A stretch of 64,000 nt of DNA, from contig OZ024746.1 of assembly GCA_964016885.1 (NCBI GenBank), forward strand, positions 40,982,001 to 41,046,000, in the 5' to 3' direction. Each line of letters begins with the position of its first letter. The first letter of the stretch is position 1. Below are positions 63,833-64,000 of this stretch, piece after piece. This stretch comes from Eledone cirrhosa. Lineage: Eukaryota. The translations under genes and the position numbers were made by a program. The notes beneath the pieces were generated by a model. The model was given only the letters and a program-made list of their open reading frames with translations, was not told the DNA's origin and searched no databases.

Positions 63833-63866
<34 letters not shown>

Positions 63867-64000
63867 TTATTTATATACACACTAATATATTCCTTCTATA
63901 TACTGTATCATTTAACGTCTATTTTCCATGGTTGCATGGGTTAGACGGATTGTCACGTTATAAAGCCAAACAGGTCAGTTGATCACTTCTTTCTCATGCA

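Overview
AT-rich, repeat-dense animal genomic DNA. The SINE/RTE repertoire suggests a cephalopod, probably an octopus (inference). Two spliced genes for predicted mitochondrial proteins diverge from the middle of the window. On the minus strand are two 5' coding exons of THNSL1 (a targeting-peptide-like exon at 18163-18252 and a shikimate-kinase-like P-loop exon at 3198-3338); the gene runs off the left edge. On the plus strand are 13 coding exons of MIPEP (42096-58903, including the HEFGH zinc motif); the gene runs off the right edge. Between them lies a ~2.4 kb CpG-rich 27-bp satellite (28930-31350, about 90 units). Most units carry the palindrome GCGCATGCGC, the NRF1/EWG consensus, and the central block is inverted; this is the most striking unexplained structure. 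The rest is mostly mobile DNA: an apparently intact PHD-finger-bearing RTE LINE and fragments of its family, two other RTE families with target-site duplications, CR1-type LINEs, a decayed DD37D (maT) transposon, TTAA piggyBac-type MITEs, a non-autonomous Helitron and many tRNA-derived SINEs. There is also a 200-N scaffold gap with duplicated flanks. All calls are by eye; no database searches were run.
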